From Nemertoderma westbladi (taxonomy: Eukaryota > Animalia > Xenacoelomorpha): a stretch of 54,077 nt of DNA. The stretch is taken from NCBI GenBank assembly GCA_032718475.1, contig JAUCBJ010000051.1, forward strand, positions 1 to 54,077, in the 5' to 3' direction. Made by a program: the position numbers and the translations under genes. Below, piece after piece: positions 45,983-54,077 of this stretch (within the stretch, counting starts at the first letter, position 1; each line of letters begins with the position of its first letter). Below the pieces are notes generated by a model that saw nothing but the letters and a program-made list of their open reading frames with translations, was not told the DNA's origin and ran no database searches.

Positions 45983-48900
45983 TCAGGTGGTGGTCATCAG
46001 CTGATCAGTTTGCTGTGCTAATTCCATTAGGCGTCGCTGCAACTGAATCTGCTTATCTTTACTCTCTTCCATTTGTCGCCGCAAATCTGCGACATAGTTC
46101 TTGGGGCCACTGAGACTGAATCTATCCCCTGCACCACTGAGACTCAACCTGTCATCCATTGTACTGACACTCAACCGATTATCAGTTGTACTGACACTCA
46201 ACCTATTATCAGTTGTGCTGACACTCAACCTATTATCAGTTGTACTGACACTCAGCCTACCGGTACCCCCAGTACCGCTGAAACAAAAACTTTCATCCGG
46301 CCCAACTTCAGCATCACACTCCACCCCACTCTGTGGCACAGTGAGTTCTTCACGCCTAGCCGTTGTATTAAACGACACTCGCTGTTTATCGAGAAATAAA
46401 CTCAAGTCCTCCGTAGACTGCGGGACCATATCCTCGTCTATATAACTCGCCTCCGTAGGCCCATCGTCGTACACTTGGATAGCAGTCAGTAAATCAACAT
46501 CGCTAGAATTACTAAGATTTAATGAAATATCGTTTAAGGGAGTCGTTTTATCATAACTAATTCCAATTGGAACTTTCGATGTACTTCGCCTTGAGTTTAG
46601 AAGTTGAGATTTCTGTTTCGATTGATCATTTTCACTCTTCCGAATATCTTTAACTCGACGTCCATTTACTGGGACCGCTTTGTGTGAATTCCCCCTTCCT
46701 ATAGGAATTTTGCTTTGCGGTCGACATTCTTTTTTTCCATCACCATTACCCAATGAAACATTTGGTGTTGACGGCTTATATTGTGGCCTGCCAGATTGGT
46801 GTTCAACTTTGCCGCCATTTCGCCCACTACTAACAAGGTTATCAGAATAGTTTTTATTCATTGATTGAAATAAAACAAGATCGTTGAGCGAACGACGTAC
46901 TGTATGAGTTACTGAACCCCCTGCTACGGGTGTATTATTACTAACTTCTACTTCAGTGTCGCTATGAAATTCATGTCTCTCCAAATTATTCAACATGGGT
47001 TTATAAATTATTGGAAGATTTTGACTTTCCAAAACATTGATCTCCGACCCATTACCCACAACACCATCACCATTACACGACTCATTGTAACGCGTTACTG
47101 AAATAGAATCCCCGGAAGACATACTCTGGGAAGATAAACCTTGGATTTCTACATTGGGAAGAACTTCCGACTTGCCAACTAATTGAGATTCGTCATCTAG
47201 ACAAACCTGAACTTCTTTTTCAACTTTTGCTATATTTTTCACACTAAGCTCATGTTCCAATGCAATTAATTGTCTATTTGAATTGGCTAATTGTTCTTGG
47301 AGTTTAAAAACTGCTTCATCAGAAGTCAGTTTATATTCAGTGGCTGAGTTTTTAAGTTTAGCGAGTTCGGAATTGTGTGAACCCCGAATCGATCTGAGTT
47401 CTTGGTGGTGTTGCTGCTTCACCACTTCGAGTTGTTCCTTAACAGCAGTAATGCCTGCACGACACTGATCCTCAATATCATCCCTCTCCTCTCTAACAAA
47501 GTTAAGCTCATCCCTAAGCCGACCCAAGGCCTCATCAGTTTCCCTTAGTTTAGCCTCGCTGCTATGCAATTTATCACTGATAGCGGATTGTGTCCCATCG
47601 TACGCTTCTATGGACGATTCAAGTTCACCAATAACCTTCACGTACTTGGCTATCTGTTCACGAGCCAAACATAACTCGTCGCTTTTCTCACTCATGTTGC
47701 TTTCACAGAGTTGTGTACTGCGTTTAATTGAATTCAGTTCAGTTTCCAACTGTATAATCTTCGCGTTCTTTACGGCAACATCTTGGGCTGCGCAATCCAG
47801 TTTAATAGATGCCTCGTCCGCCTTGTAACTGTAGTCATGCGCCGTCCGTTTCCAATAGGATAAGTTCTCATTGAGTGTTAGATTCTCCTTGCTGCCCCGC
47901 TGTAAATCTAATGTTTGCCTTTCTATTTTGGAAGACAATTGAAATATTTCCTTTTGTAGAGTTGAAACTTTACTTTGAAAATCCATTTCCAATTGAGTAA
48001 TGTATGACATTTGTTTGGCAGCATCAGATGCGGTATCTGTAATAGTTTTCTCTTGCTGAATACATTTATCATTAATTACTTTATACTCTGTCTCCAGAGT
48101 CTTGATTTTTTCCGATGAAACAAGAGACTCCTTTTGAAACACAGAATTACTTTCCCTAACCGCTAACATTTTTTGTTCGAGTTCCTTGGAATAACTCTCA
48201 GCATCAGCAATTTTTGTTCGCAGACTGGATTGTATTTCTTCATTTTTCTTATTATCTTCACGAATATCAGCCAGCTGAATTTCCAATAACTTATCCTTTG
48301 CTTTACGCTTTTCAACTTCATTATTTGACTGATTCAAATCGGCCTGCAACTGGTTAATTTTCGCCTGAAAGTTAACGTTTTCAGACTTGAGATTGCTAAT
48401 TTGTTTCTCCAAATGTTCAGCCTGGACGTGGTATTCCTTCAGCCCAACTTCTGTGTTCCTCAACACCTGTCGGAGATGACTAGCTTCCTCGGATTTCTTC
48501 GTCAATTTATCCCAAATTTCTTTCACATCATCTACAGCGCGTGAAACAGTGGTTTCTTTATCGCGTTTAGAATCAGCGATACCATTTTGCAATTGCGAGA
48601 TTTTAAGCTCCATTTGTGACACCAAATCCTCCAACTCGGCAACATGAGTTCTACTGGCTATCAGATTCTCTTGATTTTCAGACATCTCATTAGTAAGTTC
48701 AGATATTTCATTTTCTTTGACTGCAACTTGTAAAACACACTTCTTATTATCTTCTAGCAACTCTACAATCTTGTCCTCAGCGCTATCAAGTTGAGTTTGA
48801 AACTCAGCTTTAGCATTCTCCAAAGATGCTGAAAATAATTTAATGTTTGTATTTGACTTTGAAAATCGCTCTTCCAACAATGCAACTTTATTACATTCCT

Positions 48901-50707
48901 GTGTGTATTTATCTTTCCAATCCTGTACGGTTTGTTCTGAATCATGTAATTCCTTTATATTGACATTATAGTTGTGGCGTAAATTAATGACTTCTTTGTT
49001 AATTTCAGTCGCTTCTTGTTTGAGTTTAAGAATAAGATAGTGTGCGGAATCCAATTCAGTGAGCTTAGACTTAAGAGATGAATTCATTTGGCTATTGGCT
49101 TCCTCGAGGCTTTCTTTTTCTTTCATGTATTTATTATTTAATACAGTCAATGCAATTCTTTCTTCCTGAAAGCTAGCCTTCATATTATTATTGGCTTCTT
49201 TTGCATCCTTCAACTCTTTTGTTTTATTCGTTATTCCATCAACGAGCTTTTGATAGGTTTCCGATTTCTGAGATAATAATGAATCTTTCTCCATGACCTG
49301 TTTTTTTAAAGTATTGCACGATTTTTTGAAGTTTCCAAGATCAAGGTTTGACTTTTCTAACTTCAAATAACAATTCTCTAATTCTTTTTGAAGAGCCTCC
49401 AAATGGTTTTCCCTAAACGTTGCACTCTTCTCGAGTTGATTTAGATGATAATCGCGAGAGGAAACCTCTTCTGTTAAGTTGGATACCTGATGAAGAGATT
49501 CCTTTAGCTTCTCATTCAATATTTCGTTTTCACTTCTGATGGTTTCGCATAAATCGCATGTTTTTGGTTTAGATAATTGAGAAACAAGATCTCTAACCTT
49601 CAAGTTCAACTCCTCCAACTGTTGGGTCTTCATTGTTAGCCGGTGGTTGAGATCCTGAATCTCCAGGTTTCTTTCAGTTATTCTTGGCTCCTTGGCCTTC
49701 AATAAGTCACTCTCGAGTTCCATAACCTTGAATTTATATTCATTCACAGTTTCTCCGCATAAATCGAGTTTCTTGCTGACAGTTATATATTGGTCTTTCA
49801 AATGTTTACTTTCTGCCAATAAAAATGACTCTGCATCCTTTTTCTCATTGTAATCATGCAACAGTTTACGAAATTCCGATTTATTTTTAGATAATTCTTC
49901 CTCCAATGCTCGTAGTTTATTCACATGTTGCATTTTCTCCGATTCCAAATAGTCTAACTGCTTTTTTCCAGCATCAGATTCCTCTGCCAAAGCCATAATT
50001 TGTAGTTTAAGAGTTTTAACAATGTCCCCCAAACGTGGATCAGAGTCAGTGACACTGGACATACTTCTATTGGCGCATAATGAGGTCATTTTCTCTAAAC
50101 CATTTAGAGCATTATCGCGCTGTTTCTCAACCCGGATTCTATGCTCAATCTCCAACTCCAGACTGGCTTTGTAATCCTCCAATTCTTCGCACCGACTTAT
50201 CAACTCATTATCTCTCCCAGAATATAAATCCTTGTATTTGTTTAAGCATTCTTGTTGCCTACCCAGAGCCTCTTTGTGCATTGCTAGTTCTTCTTCCAAT
50301 CGATATGCCTGCTGACCTATAGTTTGGCAATTATTATGAGTTGCCAGCTCATCCGTCACCAACTGTAACCGCTCCTTTGTACGGCTATGTATTTCATTGG
50401 ATATACGAAGGCTATGTCGTAATTTCTTGTTTTCTGAACAAATCTTCACAGTTTCCCTTTGGAGATTCGATTCTCCTGGGTTATTTATGAGTTGCTCACT
50501 TATGGAGCTAGTATTTGAAGGAGAATCATCTATTAATATATCAGCATCCCGCAATGAAGTTAATTTCCGAAACAATTGGGATAAACTTGCCGCATGTTCC
50601 TGTTCCAATTGAATGTTATCGCTACTTGACATAGAGTTGTTATCTCCGAGCGATGATCTGTTCGGAATTCCGAGGGCACCAAAATGTACATTTTCCTGCT
50701 TCTCCAT
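45983..50707 (-). CDS. Large intronless coiled-coil protein, 1574 aa, family not recognised
   Basis: 4.7-kb non-repetitive ORF, E/K/L/Q/S-rich heptad character over ~aa 80-1160, low-complexity C-terminus and short terminal coiled coil. Confidence 0.85.
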   Translation of the reverse strand: MEKQENVHFGALGIPNRSSLGDNNSMSSSDNIQLEQEHAASLSQLFRKLTSLRDADILIDDSPSNTSSISEQLINNPGESNLQRETVKICSENKKLRHSLRISNEIHSRTKERLQLVTDELATHNNCQTIGQQAYRLEEELAMHKEALGRQQECLNKYKDLYSGRDNELISRCEELEDYKASLELEIEHRIRVEKQRDNALNGLEKMTSLCANRSMSSVTDSDPRLGDIVKTLKLQIMALAEESDAGKKQLDYLESEKMQHVNKLRALEEELSKNKSEFRKLLHDYNEKKDAESFLLAESKHLKDQYITVSKKLDLCGETVNEYKFKVMELESDLLKAKEPRITERNLEIQDLNHRLTMKTQQLEELNLKVRDLVSQLSKPKTCDLCETIRSENEILNEKLKESLHQVSNLTEEVSSRDYHLNQLEKSATFRENHLEALQKELENCYLKLEKSNLDLGNFKKSCNTLKKQVMEKDSLLSQKSETYQKLVDGITNKTKELKDAKEANNNMKASFQEERIALTVLNNKYMKEKESLEEANSQMNSSLKSKLTELDSAHYLILKLKQEATEINKEVINLRHNYNVNIKELHDSEQTVQDWKDKYTQECNKVALLEERFSKSNTNIKLFSASLENAKAEFQTQLDSAEDKIVELLEDNKKCVLQVAVKENEISELTNEMSENQENLIASRTHVAELEDLVSQMELKISQLQNGIADSKRDKETTVSRAVDDVKEIWDKLTKKSEEASHLRQVLRNTEVGLKEYHVQAEHLEKQISNLKSENVNFQAKINQLQADLNQSNNEVEKRKAKDKLLEIQLADIREDNKKNEEIQSSLRTKIADAESYSKELEQKMLAVRESNSVFQKESLVSSEKIKTLETEYKVINDKCIQQEKTITDTASDAAKQMSYITQLEMDFQSKVSTLQKEIFQLSSKIERQTLDLQRGSKENLTLNENLSYWKRTAHDYSYKADEASIKLDCAAQDVAVKNAKIIQLETELNSIKRSTQLCESNMSEKSDELCLAREQIAKYVKVIGELESSIEAYDGTQSAISDKLHSSEAKLRETDEALGRLRDELNFVREERDDIEDQCRAGITAVKEQLEVVKQQHHQELRSIRGSHNSELAKLKNSATEYKLTSDEAVFKLQEQLANSNRQLIALEHELSVKNIAKVEKEVQVCLDDESQLVGKSEVLPNVEIQGLSSQSMSSGDSISVTRYNESCNGDGVVGNGSEINVLESQNLPIIYKPMLNNLERHEFHSDTEVEVSNNTPVAGGSVTHTVRRSLNDLVLFQSMNKNYSDNLVSSGRNGGKVEHQSGRPQYKPSTPNVSLGNGDGKKECRPQSKIPIGRGNSHKAVPVNGRRVKDIRKSENDQSKQKSQLLNSRRSTSKVPIGISYDKTTPLNDISLNLSNSSDVDLLTAIQVYDDGPTEASYIDEDMVPQSTEDLSLFLDKQRVSFNTTARREELTVPQSGVECDAEVGPDESFCFSGTGGTGRLSVSTTDNRLSVSTTDNRLSVSTTDNRLSVSTMDDRLSLSGAGDRFSLSGPKNYVADLRRQMEESKDKQIQLQRRLMELAQQTDQLMTTT
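46105..46258 (-). repeat. In-frame 27-bp coding repeat (RLSVSTTDN, ~5-6 degenerate copies)
   Basis: ttatcagttgtactgacactcaaccta repeated within the ORF. Confidence 0.85.
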
Positions 50708-53568
50708 ATCAATAATGTGGCAAGTTATTAATTAAGTTCCCAATTAACTGATTAACAGATTAAAATACAGGGCAGGTATATAATAAAAGTGACAATTTAG
50801 GCATATATCCTCTGATCCTTGCCGTGCCGTAGGCCTATCTTTATCCCACTAACTGTCCATCCCTTGGCTTGCCTATTACAGTATTACCTACTGCAAGCAA
50901 TGATAGAGATGCTGCAGTTGGCGCGATTTTTGAATTAGTGACGTAGCTTTGCACCAAACTGCCAACTGACCAGGCCGATGTAACAGAGAATTTTCACTCT
51001 CCACACAAAATACCACCCAGCCCCCCCCCCCCCCCCCCCCCGGTTAAAATTAACTAGGCCTACCGGTATTGTATTCTCACTCCCGGGGTATATACTATAT
51101 AGTCCCTAGCAGCCTAGTGTATTTTAACCACCTCCAATGAAAATTCACCCCTGCATTTATCAATTTTCACTCTGTACAAATCCATCCACGGTTAAATTGC
51201 CCTAGTGCTGTAGTGTATTCTCACTCCCGCTCCCAGTCTATTTTTTTTACATCTTATACAGTACTTTACTTGTTACTATATACAAATCTCCAGCGTATGT
51301 TTGTCTGTGTACTAGAGGTATCTGTGGTCGTCTGTTCGCTTAACAGCTTAACTGTAGGCTTATAACGAATTTGAATTATATTGATTGATTGATATATAAT
51401 TTGCCTCAAAAAAGTTCGCTCGCCTGCTCGCGTTTCTTTGCTTTTTGAGGTTTGGCATTGTCAGATTGCTCAAATGTCTAAATTTCGCTCACTTTGACTT
51501 ATGCTCGCGTTTCTTTTTCATTTTGCAATGCTAATGAAAAAATTTGGCTCGCTTCGCTCGCGTATGTTTTTAGTTTTTTTTTTTTTAAATGAGGTGTGCG
51601 CGTTTTTTTCGGTGCATGCGCGGTATATTGTCCAATATTGCGCGGCTGAAAAATTGTGCGCAGGCGTTGTGCGTGGTTCAATGGTGGTTTGCAGGCCGGG
51701 GGGAAGAATACACCGAGGGTGAGTGGGTTAAATTTCACTAAAACCTGAAAACCCAGAGTACAGACAGATGACAGAGTAGTTTCACCCCCGGTTAAAATAC
51801 CCTAACAGTCTAACCGGGCACCGGCACCTGACTACAGCACATATATTTTAACGTTGAAGTTGAATTTTTAGGGGGGTGGAAATTCTCAGCAACACCAGCG
51901 CATGAATTTTTGTACTTGGCGCCGCGTTCGGCGCTGAAAATAAAACTTTTCAATCAGTCAATATAGCAGACTGGCAGAACAGAATAGGCAATAGGGCAGT
52001 AGGCACAGGCAGGTAGAGCTACGGTGCCGGTACTCTTACACAACAACCAAATGATAATCGCGGTCAGGCGGTGGAGCCTTACAACATTAAATGATTAAGG
52101 ACAACTTAGTCATGACTCATGGCAGCAAGGCCCTTCCTTACAGCCTTACAGCCTTACGGGGTTTGATGATAAAGCACGTCCCGCTCTCCCGCATGTATTC
52201 GAGTATTCGTACTATCGTATGCATTGGCAGATTGGACACGCAGACAGTCTGACAGTACCGTTAGCAGTTCTGCAGTTAGGCAGGTAGGATACAGGGATAG
52301 GAAGGATAGCTATCATACTTCGTATCGTATTTCTATAGTATTTAGATCAAGCGATTTTGCATTTGAGTCAATCTTATTCTATTTGTAAATCTATCTGTAT
52401 AGGCCTAGGCCTACTGTCAGACTGTATATGACTGCAGGACTGTCTGATGTCTGATGTTCTGATTATGTTTGCGGGTTTGTCAGTTTGTGTTAGCCTACAT
52501 CCAGCCAGACATCTGTACATGCTTGCTTATGCTTACATCCCAGCATCCTGACATCTCCTGACTGCAGGGACTGGGACTGCTGACCTCACAGTAGTCTGCC
52601 AGCTGCCAGCTTAGGCCAGTAGACTGTTAGGGTTTGGTATCGGCTGATCGGTTCGGTATGATCTACAGTAAAACAGCGAAATAGATACCTACAGCAGTCC
52701 TACTGGCAAGTCTGCAAGTGGCATGGCAACTGATGTGAACTACTCTCAGTCTGCTGCTGCACTAGTACCGGTACTGCAGTACTGTACTGTAGGTACTGTA
52801 CAGTATGCAGTATTACAGCTGTACAGTACCGGTACAGCTACAGCAGTACCGTACTGCAGCAAGGTCCGTCTAAATACCCAAATCACACAAAATTGACCAA
52901 ATCACACAAAATCACAAAAAATCACACAAAAAATTATAATTTTTATTTTTTTCTAATCGTTTATTGTTTTGGTTCCTTGTTAAGGACACGTAATAATTCA
53001 CTTTATTACTCTTATCTCCTAGCAGCCTAGTGCGTCATCCTTCTACACACCATCATCATGGTCGGTTGCAACGAGATTCGTGAAGTAAAGACGAGTTTCA
53101 TAAATTGAAACTTGAGTTTGATCAGAAATTTGCATACTACTGTAATCATTTTTCCGATCTACATCTATCCTACAGTAATTAGGTTTAAGCCCATGTTTTT
53201 TTTAAATAAACCACGGCAAAGATAGGTGGAATATTTTGTAGTAATTAATGGGGTATTATGCAAGGCGTACTATATACAAGGCCATGCCCAATGCCATCGA
53301 GTTAACTATGGGGGCGGTGAGTGGGAGCAAGATTTTTTTTACAACAATTTGATATTTTGATATGGGGAGAGTTCTATAAATTTTCATTTGCTGCAATTTG
53401 ATTAACGGACATACTTGAAGCCTCCTCGTTAAGTAATAAGATACAAAATTGTATGGTAACTAGTGTTTTAGGTAGGTTTAGCTAGTAATATCGACACTGG
53501 TTCCGACATCCTACTTCCTTCTATAAATATTTTGTAGTAGCTAGTTCTTATTACTATTTCTATAGAAA

Positions 53569-53917
53569 ATGTTCCAGAAGATGTTAGGTATTCATTTTTA
53601 AAAAAATTTTGTTCTAGAACAAATATTTTTTGTTCTAGAACATTATTTTAGAAAAAAATCGGAATTATATTTAAAACGCATGCAATCGTTCTAAAACGTG
53701 TTTAAAATCAATAAAAAAAATTGTGAAAAAAAAATATTGTGAAAAAAATAAAAAAAAAATTGTGAAAATTTTTTTATTGATTTTAAACACGTTTAAGAAC
53801 GATTCCATGCGTTTTAAATAGAATCCATATTTTTTTCTAAAAAATGTTCTAGAACAAAAAATATTTGTTCTAGAACATAATTTTTTAAAAATGAGTAGCT
53901 AACATCTTCTGGAACAT
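53569..53917. mobile_element. AT-rich MITE-like palindrome, ~150-bp arms
   Basis: atgttccagaagatgttag...aaaacgtgtttaaaatcaataaaaaa inverted against ttttttattgattttaaacacgttt...ctaacatcttctggaacat. Confidence 0.8.
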
Positions 53918-54077
53918 ATTACGTAAGATGAGAGTGCCTTGAAAAATAATCTTAGGAAAATATTCTTAGGAAAATATTATTACTGTATTTACAGTAGAGG
54001 TATAGGTTCACCACTAGTCCTACCATATACGTAGCGTACAGTTAATATCGGGAAGGTTTTTTTTGACTAATGGACGT

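Noticed and set aside
50975-51900. Possible MITE with degenerate TIRs and repeated aattttcactct / ccggttaaaat motifs
   Set aside because: Ends too diverged and no TSD identifiable by eye.

Overview
Repeat-rich, AT-rich eukaryotic (metazoan-type) genomic DNA; nothing prokaryotic and no CRISPR. 1-15.7 kb holds the first five coding exons of a 26S proteasome AAA-ATPase gene (PSMC2/RPT1, minus strand; 3' end lies beyond position 1). Two of its introns begin with kilobase tandem arrays (36-bp and 42-bp units) whose unit is a copy of the upstream exon's 3' end plus the GTGAG splice donor. A same-strand GPCR-like gene with a 1-nt frameshift is nested in intron 3. 16.7-30.3 kb is a cluster of three TIR elements with 5'-CAGT termini and 5-bp target duplications. 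One appears intact and carries an 860-aa DDE-type (Academ/DUF6589-like motif pattern) transposase and a convergent 382-aa PHD-finger protein. These are followed by a truncated LINE RT, a 5-kb fold-back element with Academ-like relics and nested MITEs, a 24-bp satellite and an intronless 1574-aa coiled-coil ORF. Most very long ORFs in the track are artefacts of tandem repeats. Family assignments are by motif recognition only; no searches were run.
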